DNA of 33,222 nucleotides from Lentisphaeria bacterium (GCA_041690595.1 JAWLHB010000031.1:62001-95222); one strand, 5' to 3'; numbered from the stretch's first letter, positions 20,340 through 28,787 are shown. Notes: generated by a model from the sequence alone, not told the origin. Made by a program: numbers and translations.

Positions 20340-22262
20340 TTACTGAAGCTGCTGCATGACAGCCCTGACGAAGTCGGGCGGCAGCGGATGGTGAAGTTCT
20401 TGACAGCGCTTGATGCAGGCGAGCGCCAGATCGTACCGCTCCTGGGCTGCGTAGGTGAAGGCCAGATTGGCCCATGCATCCCCCAGTTGCGGCTTCAGCT
20501 TGACCGCCTGCTGAAGATGGGCGACACGCTGCAGCGGATCGGAAGTGACGGTGGCGAGATTGTTCCAGGCTTCCGCAAAGCCGCGATTGATGGCGATGGC
20601 GCGGCGATAGCAGAGCAAGGCCAGCTCGTTCTTCTCCTGGCGGCGGCGCACCGAACCGAGGATGTTCCAGGCTTCCGCGTCCCCGGGATGCTCCCGGATC
20701 GCTGCTTCGGCAGCGGTCGAGGCGCCTTCCAGATCCCCTTGTTCCAGCAGCGCGCTGGCCAGGGGACCCAGTAGGGCAACAATGGTGCCGCGGGCATCCA
20801 GCGGCTGCAGATAAAAACTGGCACCTTCCCGGCTGCGCTCCCAGTTCGCCACCTGCTCATAACGCGCGTCCGGCAGCAGTTCCCCACCACGCGTGGTCTC
20901 GATGTTGAGATGGTCGACACCGGCCGGCCATTGCCAGCGGCTATCCGGACGGCGTATCCAGCGGACGAAGATGTGCTCTGGAATGCAGACGCCCCGGAAC
21001 GCAATGCCCAGCCGCTGGCCAAGGGCGAGATAAAGCGAGACGAGCGAACTGCAGCGGCCGCGGCGGTTCGCCAGCAGATCATCCAGGCTGAAGTCCGCCG
21101 CGTACGGTTCGTCGACCGCACGCAGGCCAACCTCGCTGAAAAGATACCGGTTGATGATTCCCGCGACCTCTTGCGGGCGCCGTTCCTCACCGATACGTTG
21201 GCGCAGCGCTTCGGCCATGCGATCCACCTCCGCCAGCCGCCCCGGAATGTCCACGGCCGGGTCCAGCATCTGGCCAACCAGGAGATTGCCGAGTCCCGCA
21301 TCGATCTGCTCCGCGGGCATGGCCAGGAGATCGTCGAGGCTGGTCGGCGCGGGTGGTGGCTGAGCAGCGGGAGTGATCGCCGGCTGAACGTTGGCGAGGA
21401 TCCATGGCTGGAGATTGACCGCCGCAAAGTCCGGTATGCGGATGCGGCGGACCCGCGGGGCGAGCTGATCGCGGGCACCACTCATTCCCGTATAGAGATC
21501 GTCGATTCGCACGGCCGAGCCCTGCCGCTGAAGCTCCTGCCGCAACACGTGGACAAAGAGGTAGGGGAAGAGGCTGTAGGTCGCATGATCGAGGCCCAGT
21601 TCGCTACGGACCGCGCCATCCGTATCGCCAAAGAAGGCCTTGATCTCGCGCAGGGAACCATCCAGCGGGATATCGGGCGCCTTCTCCGCATCCCGCGAGG
21701 CATACAGCCGGGTGACGCCGCCGACGAAGGCGGCGTTCCGCTCCATGACGCTGGCAAAGCAGACATCGGCCAGGAGCACGACCCGCCTGGCAGGCAGGTG
21801 CCCCAGCCACGCGGCAAACTCCGTGGAGCTGACCTGCTCGCCGTCCGCCAGCAGCAGCCGACCATCCGCGAGCTGATGCGTCCCGACGTAAAAGAGGACG
21901 AGCTGGTCAGGGCGCACAAGCGCGGGCAGCTCTTCCGTCAGGTAGCGCTGGAGCTGGCGGCGAGTGGGGGCATGCCGGGTCGCGATCTGCTCGGGGGGAA
22001 GCTGCAGCCAGACGCGGGCGGCAGCCTCCAGCAGCTGCCGCGAATGGGTCCAACTGGCGAGCGTCGAGTGGCGCGGAAAGTCCTCGACCGTGAAGCCGGC
22101 CAGCAGCAACTCCGGGGCGTTCGCCGCAGGCGTCATCGGCCTCCGGCCGGCGGATGACTCGGGCGCCTGCGTGCTCCGGCAGCCGGCTGCCGCGATCATC
22201 ACCGCGATCGCGGCGGCCAGCCATCCGGCGGAGCCGGTGACCTCACGGTGGAAAACCTTCAT
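20340..22262 (-). CDS. Predicted lipoprotein: caspase-like domain + transglutaminase-like (SirB1-type) domain + TPR repeats
   Basis: Lipobox AAAG-C; 'LVLFYVGTH', 'VVLLADVCFA'; 'RRGRCSSLVSLYLALGQRLGI...IPEHIFVRW...NIETT'; TPRs such as 'AEAWNILG' and 'AEAWNNLA'. Confidence 0.75.
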   Translation of the reverse strand: MKVFHREVTGSAGWLAAAIAVMIAAAGCRSTQAPESSAGRRPMTPAANAPELLLAGFTVEDFPRHSTLASWTHSRQLLEAAARVWLQLPPEQIATRHAPTRRQLQRYLTEELPALVRPDQLVLFYVGTHQLADGRLLLADGEQVSSTEFAAWLGHLPARRVVLLADVCFASVMERNAAFVGGVTRLYASRDAEKAPDIPLDGSLREIKAFFGDTDGAVRSELGLDHATYSLFPYLFVHVLRQELQRQGSAVRIDDLYTGMSGARDQLAPRVRRIRIPDFAAVNLQPWILANVQPAITPAAQPPPAPTSLDDLLAMPAEQIDAGLGNLLVGQMLDPAVDIPGRLAEVDRMAEALRQRIGEERRPQEVAGIINRYLFSEVGLRAVDEPYAADFSLDDLLANRRGRCSSLVSLYLALGQRLGIAFRGVCIPEHIFVRWIRRPDSRWQWPAGVDHLNIETTRGGELLPDARYEQVANWERSREGASFYLQPLDARGTIVALLGPLASALLEQGDLEGASTAAEAAIREHPGDAEAWNILGSVRRRQEKNELALLCYRRAIAINRGFAEAWNNLATVTSDPLQRVAHLQQAVKLKPQLGDAWANLAFTYAAQERYDLALACIKRCQELHHPLPPDFVRAVMQQLQ

Positions 22263-23419
22263 CGGCGCATCGGGCGCATGCTGCGCGAGGCACCGCGCTT
22301 GATCTGGTTGAGCATGCGGATGGTGCGCAACGTCGCCAGCTGGCTGCGAAGGGCGGTGGCGTTGCGAGCGGCTTCAACCACCCGCGCCTCCAGCAAGGGG
22401 TCGGCACGGCCTTCAAGCGTGATGTCGATCCACTGGCTGTGCAGCTCGCCTTCCTCCTGAGCGGCCGCAAGGTACCGGGAGGTCAGACTCTTCTCTGCCT
22501 CCTCGGCTTCCTCGGGATCCGCCGCGAAGACCTTCTGATCCTTGACGAGCACGGCCCCGTCTTCGGCGGTGATCTCGGTGGTCTCGTCCCCAAGCAGGAA
22601 GCGCTTCCGCGTATTGACGATCGCTCCCTCCCGCACTTCCACCGCCGCCATCTGGACGGAATCTTCGCTCTTCTCCAGCGCGCAGACGAAGCGGGTCGGC
22701 TTGTCCTCCCCCCGCGGTTCCACCGCGAAGGAGTTCCCTTTGCTGCCGCCGTACTCGAAGCTCAAACGGCCGCGCGTGACGACGATATCGGTGTACGAGT
22801 TCTCCAGACCTTCATGAATGGTCGCCACCAGTTGACTTCCGGCAGGCATCGAGGGCACATTGAGCGTATTGCCGATCACCTCCTTGTCGTCGATGGAAAA
22901 GCGGCTCGCGACATAGACTTCACCCTGGCTGCACGAGAAACCGCTCGAGCGGCTCTCCGACTTGGCCGTGGCGTCCTCGGCTTCCGGCTCGAAGGTCACG
23001 ACGAAACGGGTGCCGACCGCGCCGCACACAGCGGTGGGCGTCTCCACCTGAAGCTTGTGGTCCTTGGGGAACTTGTCGAGCGAGAGTTCGACGTCTCCCT
23101 TTTCCAGCCGCAGGACCTTCAGCTTCGGGTTGTCCGTCGCTTCCGAAACCTGAAGGCGGGTACGTGCAAGCAGGCGGAAGGTGTTGCCGTCGGAGAACTG
23201 GAGGTCGAGCACGGAGCGTCGCTGCGTCTCGACAGTGGTGCCGAAGGAAAAGGTCTCCCCTTCCTTGATCGGCCTGGGCTGGTCGTTTTCAATAACCTGG
23301 CAGTCGCCCACAACCCTGATCGCGGTGAAGCCGGTGATCTCCTGCGCATGAGTGGAAATCGCGCCGAGCAACGCCAGTCCCACGCCAACCACAACCGATA
23401 CTATCAGCTTTGCATTCAA
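22259..23419 (-). CDS. Secreted FecR-domain protein
   Basis: Signal peptide; 'VETQRRSVLDLQFSDGNTFRL', 'LEKG', 'VETPTAVCGAVGTRFVV', 'CSQGEVYV'. TTG start with RBS AGGAGG; 4-bp overlap with the next gene. Confidence 0.8.
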   Translation of the reverse strand: MNAKLIVSVVVGVGLALLGAISTHAQEITGFTAIRVVGDCQVIENDQPRPIKEGETFSFGTTVETQRRSVLDLQFSDGNTFRLLARTRLQVSEATDNPKLKVLRLEKGDVELSLDKFPKDHKLQVETPTAVCGAVGTRFVVTFEPEAEDATAKSESRSSGFSCSQGEVYVASRFSIDDKEVIGNTLNVPSMPAGSQLVATIHEGLENSYTDIVVTRGRLSFEYGGSKGNSFAVEPRGEDKPTRFVCALEKSEDSVQMAAVEVREGAIVNTRKRFLLGDETTEITAEDGAVLVKDQKVFAADPEEAEEAEKSLTSRYLAAAQEEGELHSQWIDITLEGRADPLLEARVVEAARNATALRSQLATLRTIRMLNQIKRGASRSMRPMRR

Positions 23420-23614
23420 GAGTCAGTCCCTCCTGGGTGTTCCTCGTTTCGACTGCCCTGTGCACAAGTGCGCACGGCATCACTAATGTGCAGGATATCC
23501 ACCGCCTTGGCAAATGCAATCGTCAGATATGCGAAACGAGCTTGCCGAATCGCTCAACACGGGCATACTTTTACCGATACATCACCATCAACGACCGCAA
23601 CCCCATGGAACGAC

Positions 23615-24874
23615 GTGAAGAGCCTTTACCTCAACCCATTCTCCGGCATCGCGGGAGACATGCTCACCGGTGCCCTCCTCGACCTCGGCGCGGACACCCC
23701 GGAATTCTGGCGCCAACTGCGCTCCCTCCCTCTGCCTGCTCACGAGTGGAGCGTCGACCGCGAGCGGGTGAAGCGACACGGCATCGGCGCCCTTCACTTC
23801 CGCGTCTCCTTCACCGAACACCACGATCACGATCACGCGCATGGGCATGGACACGCGCATCATCATCACCATCATGGACGGCACCTCCCGGAGATCCTTG
23901 AGATCATCGCCGCCTCTCAGGTGAACGATGTGGCCCGCGCCACCGCGGAACGGACCTTTCGCGCCCTTGCCGAGGCGGAGGCCGCCGTGCATGGCATTCC
24001 ACCGGAGAAGGTTCACTTTCATGAGGTCGGGGCGGTCGATGCCATCGCGGATATCGTTGGAGCCTCGCTGGCGGCGAGTTTGCTGGGGATCGAGCGTGTG
24101 GCGTGCGCGCCGATTCATGTCGGCTCCGGAACCGTCAAGTGCGCGCACGGGCTGATGCCAGTGCCGGTGCCGGCCGTGGCCAAGCTGCTCGTCGGCGCCC
24201 CCATGGTCGTCGGCTCCGCCGAGGGTGAGCTGACAACGCCAACCGGGGCGGCACTCCTGCGCGGCCTCGACGCCCACTTCGAGGGGCAGCCTGCCGGGAG
24301 CATCCTGGCCAGTGGCTATGGCGCCGGAACCCGTGACGTCCCCGATCGCGCCAATGTTCTCCAGGCAGTCCTCTTCGAGAGCGGCGATGAAGCCACCACC
24401 GGCGACGATAATTCCGCCACCCAGGTGGCAATCCTCGAATGCAATCTGGATGATGCAACGGGAGAGCAGATCGGTTACCTGATCCCCGCGCTCATGGGCG
24501 CGGGCGCGCTGGATGTATCGGTACTGCCCTGCCTGATGAAGAAGGGCCGTCCCGGCCACCTGGTTCAGGTCATGAGCCGCCCTCAGGATCGCGCCCTTCT
24601 CGTCGAGCGCCTCCTGCGGGAGTCGAGTACCTTTGGCGTGCGCTGGCATCTTGCGGATCGGGCGGTTCTCCGCCGCGACTGGGTGACCGTCACGTTGCCA
24701 GCCGGCGAGGTGAAGGTCAAGATAGGCTACCTGGGAAATGGCCAGGAGCCTTTGCGGCTGGCCCCCGAGTACGAAAGCTGCCGCCAGCTCGCGGAAAGCA
24801 GTGGGCTTCCCCTTGAACGCATCCAGGCGGAAGCCCGCCAGGCCGCCCTGCGGATCATCAAACCACAGGAGTGA
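23615..24874 (+). CDS. larC: Nickel-pincer cofactor biosynthesis protein LarC
   Basis: GTG start 'KSLYLNPFSGIAGDMLTGAL', His-rich tract, 'VHFHEVGAVDAIADIVG', 'GELTTPTGAA', 'ECNLDD', 'MKKGRPG', 'PEYESC'. N- and C-terminal parts are in one frame. Confidence 0.95.
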   Translation: MKSLYLNPFSGIAGDMLTGALLDLGADTPEFWRQLRSLPLPAHEWSVDRERVKRHGIGALHFRVSFTEHHDHDHAHGHGHAHHHHHHGRHLPEILEIIAASQVNDVARATAERTFRALAEAEAAVHGIPPEKVHFHEVGAVDAIADIVGASLAASLLGIERVACAPIHVGSGTVKCAHGLMPVPVPAVAKLLVGAPMVVGSAEGELTTPTGAALLRGLDAHFEGQPAGSILASGYGAGTRDVPDRANVLQAVLFESGDEATTGDDNSATQVAILECNLDDATGEQIGYLIPALMGAGALDVSVLPCLMKKGRPGHLVQVMSRPQDRALLVERLLRESSTFGVRWHLADRAVLRRDWVTVTLPAGEVKVKIGYLGNGQEPLRLAPEYESCRQLAESSGLPLERIQAEARQAALRIIKPQE

Positions 24875-25089
24875 CCGGCGCGATCAACGGTGTTGGGTGT
24901 GCCTGGCGGCTATCTCAGCCAGCTCCGTCTGCATCGCCTTGCCCCACTTTTCGTTGCTGGTGACCAACGCAATTCCGTCGTTCATCATGGTTCGGTGGAC
25001 TCCGTTTGTATGGGTGGCATAGGTGAACGAACATGCTATATTCGGCATTTGAATCAAGTGTTTGACGATTGAGAACTTGAGGATTTCTG

Positions 25090-25858
25090 ATGCCGTACAA
25101 CGAGGCCGATACCAGAGCTAAGCTCATCGAGGCCAAGAAGGAGAGCCTTCGGGCTGGACATGGGCTTGATCAAGGCAAAGGCTACTCCGAGTGCAAGCGG
25201 CTCAACGTTCGCTTCGTGTTCTCGTCCAACGGCCATCAGTTCGTCGAGTTCGACTGCTTTACCGGCCTGACCTCCTCGCCCAGGCCAATCGCTGATTTCC
25301 CGACTCCAGGCGAACTCCGCGCCCGCTACGAACAAGGCATGGGCTTCACGCTCGAGTCGCCCGCGGCCAGACCACTGCTCCAGCCATACCCCGGCGGCGA
25401 AGGCGCTCGTCGCTACTATCAGGATGCCGCCATCCGCGCGGTCATGAAGAAAGTCGCTCGTGACCAGATCGCCAACCAGCCCACCCGTGCGCTGCTCTCG
25501 ATGGCCACCGGATGCGGCAAGACGTTTATTGCCGTCAACCTGCTCAAGCGAATCTCCGATGCCGGGCAACTTACCCGTGCCCTGTTCGTCTGCGACCGCA
25601 ATGAACTTCACACACAGGCCGTCAAGGCGTTCCAGAACGCCTTCGGCTCGGACGCCGCGGAGGTCTATCGCAAGCCTGATGGCACGAACAATGCCAAGAA
25701 CGCCCGCATCCACATCGCCACATACCAAACTCTCGGGGTGGAGAACGATAACGGCGACGCCTGAGGTCAAGGCGGCAGGCGGCCTGGCGGCGCTACAGGC
25801 AGCGGGTAAAGCATCGAGCCTGCTTCGTGAAACCAAGACAAGAATGTTTGCGACATGA
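25090..25858 (+). pseudogene. hsdR: Type I restriction subunit HsdR remnant with two internal deletions
   Basis: 'NEADTRAKLI' runs directly into 'EAKK...QGKGY...SSNG'. Then 'RYYQ', Walker A 'MATGCGKT', 'DRNEL', 'ATYQTL' and a stop at 25764 before the DExH motif. A C-terminus-like peptide 'TPEVKAAGGLAALQ...[12 protein letters not shown]' follows in another frame. Confidence 0.85.
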
Positions 25859-25884
25859 AGCCGACAACGCATAGGGACACAAGA

Positions 25885-26748
25885 ATGGACAAAGACATCG
25901 TCGTTCGACTCCACGCCAGCTTCGAGGACATGGTACGCAAGCACCCGGATACCGATACGGAGTTCTGGTGTGCCCGCGACCTGCAGATGCTCCTCGGTTA
26001 TGCCAAGTGGGAGAACTTCGCCAAGGTGATCGACAAGGCCATCACCGCCTGTCAGAACAGCGGTCACGAGCCAAAGGACCATTTTGCCGACATCAGGAAA
26101 ATGGTCACCCTCGGCTCCGGCGCCAAACGCGAGATCGACGACATCGCCCTCACTCGCTACGCCTGCTACCTCATCGCCCAGAACGGCGATCCCGCCAAGG
26201 AGCAGATCGCCTTTGCCCAGACCTACTTCGCCGTCCAGACCCGCCGTCAGGAAGTCGTCGAGCAACGGCTGGCCGAAGCCGAACGCGTCAACGCTCGCCA
26301 GCACCTCACCAGGTCGGAAAAAGAACTCTCGGGGATCATCTTCGACCGCCTGGGCGACAACGAGAGCTTCGGCCGTATCCGCAGCAAAGGCGATGCGGCT
26401 CTCTTCGGCGGACGCACTACCCAGGACATGAAGAACCGGCTTGGCGTTCCGAAGAGCCGTCCCCTGGCCGACTTCCTGCCCACCATCACCATCAAGGCCA
26501 AAGACTTCGCCAACGAAATCACCAACTTCAACCTCAAGGAGCACAATCTGCGCACCGAGAGTCGCGTGACCACCGAGCACGAGAAGAACAACCACGACGT
26601 CCGCCGGTTGCTGGTCGACCGGGGAATTGTCCCCGAGCGCCTGCCGGCTGCCGAAGACGTCAAGAAAGTGGAACGCCGGCTCAAGGCTGAACAAAAAAAG
26701 CTCTCGAAGCAGACCGACAGGCTCAAAGGTGCGGAAGGCCAGTCATGA
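25885..26748 (+). CDS. dinD: DNA-damage-inducible protein D (BRO-N-like domain)
   Basis: '[20 protein letters not shown]', '[35 protein letters not shown]', '[18 protein letters not shown]'. Appears intact. Confidence 0.93.
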   Translation: MDKDIVVRLHASFEDMVRKHPDTDTEFWCARDLQMLLGYAKWENFAKVIDKAITACQNSGHEPKDHFADIRKMVTLGSGAKREIDDIALTRYACYLIAQNGDPAKEQIAFAQTYFAVQTRRQEVVEQRLAEAERVNARQHLTRSEKELSGIIFDRLGDNESFGRIRSKGDAALFGGRTTQDMKNRLGVPKSRPLADFLPTITIKAKDFANEITNFNLKEHNLRTESRVTTEHEKNNHDVRRLLVDRGIVPERLPAAEDVKKVERRLKAEQKKLSKQTDRLKGAEGQS

Positions 26749-26952
26749 TGACGGTGGAAACACTGACACCGAGCCCGCATGAACGAACGCTTCCGAAGGG
26801 GTGGCGAATGGTCAAACTCGGTGATATCATGCCGCGCAGCATTGCCTCTCTTGACCCTGCCCGATATCCAGAAGAACATTTTGCGCTGCATAGTATTCCT
26901 GCCTACGATGTGGGCCACGTCGATGAAGTCCAAGGGAGGAAGATCGGATCGG
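26745..26952 (+). pseudogene. hsdS: HsdS (type I specificity subunit) N-terminal stub
   Basis: 'LPKGWRMVKLGDI' is the classic HsdS start, followed by the TRD-like 'F.LHSIPAYD...KIGS'. Similarity is lost after about 70 codons. The start overlaps the dinD stop (ATGA). Confidence 0.75.
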
Positions 26953-27866
26953 CCAATCACGTTCCACGAAGGTACGCTCGCCGATATCCGAAGGCACATC
27001 CCAGCTTTTGAGCGTCGCGCATTTACCTTGGCCGATGGTAAGAATAATGCCTTTCGACCCAATGCTCGGCTGGATGCAATCGTCCGCCTTGCTTTCGGCG
27101 ACGACAACGCCGTCATCCCGGTGGCGTCGTATCTAAGGACTACGCGCTTGTGCCGCCTACGGACGTACTGGACGTGGCGAGACAGGCATTAGAGGCGACA
27201 GAGATCCCGCTATCGGAAGTGAAAGCAGAACTGAAGATCACCGAATATGGTGAGCGCATGGCTCTCAGCCTTTACCTTCCCAAGAAGTACGCGTTCGATC
27301 CGGGAGACGGCCACCCCATGGCCCTGCGGCTTGAATGCATCAACTCCGTGGACGGCAGTACGCGCTTCCGAGCGCTCATGGGATGGTTCCGCTTCGTGTG
27401 CAGCAACGGCCTCATCATTGGCGTTACACGCACCGACATGCGTCGCCGCCATGTCGGTGACTTTCAGCTTCAAGACATTGGCCACGTCCTGTCTTCCGGT
27501 CTTGGCGAGTCCGAAAAGGAGAAAGGGAACTTCGAGCGGTGGCGCAAATCCCCAGTGTCGCTCGACAGCGTGCCCCCGTGGGTGAATGACTCCGTCCGCA
27601 AGACGTGGGGATTCAAAGCCGCAGCTCGGACCTTCCACATCTCTCGCACCGGATGCGATGCCGAGATTGTGGGGCCATACAAGAGCAATAACTCTTCCAC
27701 CATACCAGTACGTTGCGCCAGCCGCGTTCCCGGAGCCCCCGGTGAGTCACGCACACTCTTCGACCTGAGCCAGGTACTGGCATGGTTGGCCAAGGAACGG
27801 CGCGACTTACAGGAGCAAGTCGAGTGGCGCGAACAAATTCCTGTGCTGATGGATTCACTCAACTGA
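26953..27866 (+). pseudogene. DUF932/DUF945-like gene, 5'-truncated and frameshifted near 27123
   Basis: 'LECINSVDGSTRF...FRFVCSNGL' motif. The upstream frame '...NARLDAIVR...VIPV' joins 'GVVSKDYALVP' if one G is restored in GTGGCGTCGTA. Confidence 0.7.
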
Positions 27867-27869
27867 TCC

Positions 27870-28019
27870 CGGGAGGCCGGGACGCCGCTCCACTACCGAG
27901 AGAATACCAAGCGGATGCTTGCGGCGGGCTACGGAGTAACAACCGGTCGCACTCCCGAAGCGACCGTTAATGCGCGCCTCGCCGTGGACGTGAAGAAGAA
28001 CGGTTAGGCATCGGTTTTT
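27870..28019 (+). pseudogene. HARE-HTH domain fragment (as found on Mrr-like restriction endonucleases)
   Basis: Translates as REAGTPLHYRENTKRMLAAGYGVTTGRTPEATVNARLAVDVKKNG*ASVF. No start codon; in-frame TAG at 28005. Confidence 0.75.
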
Positions 28020-28022
28020 TGT

Positions 28023-28073
28023 TGGGAGAACTTCGCCAAGGTGATCGACAAGGCCATGACAGCCTGTCAGAAC
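28023..28073 (+). repeat. 51-bp direct copy of dinD 26008-26058
   Basis: 49/51 identical (ATC->ATG, ACC->ACA). Confidence 0.95.
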
Positions 28074-28208
28074 TTCCGCTTTGAGCTGCTCGTCATCCGC
28101 ACCATGCGTCGACAGGTTCAAGCCCAGCACCAGAAGCAGAACGCCCCATCCAGGCATGCCATGCACATGAGGCTGAAGAGAAGGACGGTGGAACGAGCGA
28201 GTTGTCAT
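28068..28208 (-). pseudogene. 5' stub of a secreted-protein gene (signal peptide only)
   Basis: RBS AAGGAG, then ATG and 'MTTRSF...WGVLLLVLGLNLSTHG-ADDEQLKAEVL'. The frame then runs into the antisense of the dinD copy and HARE-HTH fragment. Confidence 0.5.
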
Positions 28209-28418
28209 CTGATCTCCTTGGTGTTGCCGGCAAATAGCTACATCATCAGGTGGACCATATAGGCAGTTTCTGCTGTATCAACCCATTGTGAACGCTTTGA
28301 TAACTTCATTGTGTGTCCAGAAAGCTGGCATCATTTCCTGAAAGGCGTTGACAACGATCCCTCCTGAGGCGGATGGACATCACCGACAAAATAATTCTGC
28401 TTCTCAGTACAAGTTGTT

Positions 28419-28448
28419 CTTGAAAGCGATGACTGTCAAGGATAAGCT
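28419..28448 (+). promoter_or_regulatory. Putative sigma-70 promoter with overlapping inverted repeat
   Basis: TTGAAA-N17-TAAGCT; IR CTTGAAAG-N6-CTGTCAAG at 28419-28440. Confidence 0.5.
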
Positions 28449-28535
28449 TTTCTTCACCTGAGTTGGTCGTTACCTGACCTGTAACACATGAACCTGTCTG
28501 CAGATGAACTTGCAGGCAAAACTGGAGAGGGACGC

Positions 28536-28787
28536 ATGGAGATCTTCTTCTACGTGGGAGTTGTATTGCTTGTACTCGGGAGTCTATGGTTACTCGCTGT
28601 AGCCTTCAACGAGAGCATCTGGTGGGGGCTCGGCTGCATCATTGTTCCTTTCGTGAGTATGCTTTTCATTGTCTCCCACTTCAAGGAATGCGCCAAGCCA
28701 ATACTACTGCAGCTCGCCGGTCTTGCCCTTATGCTTGTGGTCCCCGTGCTAACAGGTGCCGGGGTTATCGGTTCCCGAGCATTCTGA
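28536..28787 (+). CDS. Small three-helix membrane protein
   Basis: RBS GGAGAGG, ATG 28536; 'WLLAVAFNESIWWGLGCIIVPFV'; hydrophobic throughout. Confidence 0.75.
   Translation: MEIFFYVGVVLLVLGSLWLLAVAFNESIWWGLGCIIVPFVSMLFIVSHFKECAKPILLQLAGLALMLVVPVLTGAGVIGSRAF

Noticed and set aside
22439..23614. N-terminal 392 aa of the 811-aa ORF (apparent larC fusion)
   Set aside because: It mostly overlaps the FecR gene in antisense; LarC homology begins at GTG 23615.
25020..25033. LexA box upstream of hsdR-dinD
   Set aside because: Only a GAACA half-site, with no matching inverted half.
25054..26694. 546-aa minus-strand ORF, and similar long overlapping ORFs (9005-10564, 20910-22157, 31551-33092)
   Set aside because: Antisense to genes with clear family motifs; expected in high-GC DNA.
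26008..28073. 51-bp repeat pair as DGR template/variable repeats or as attL/attR
   Set aside because: No reverse transcriptase or integrase in the window. Only two differences, not a consistent adenine-specific pattern. The repeat is internal to dinD, not at a tRNA or gene end.
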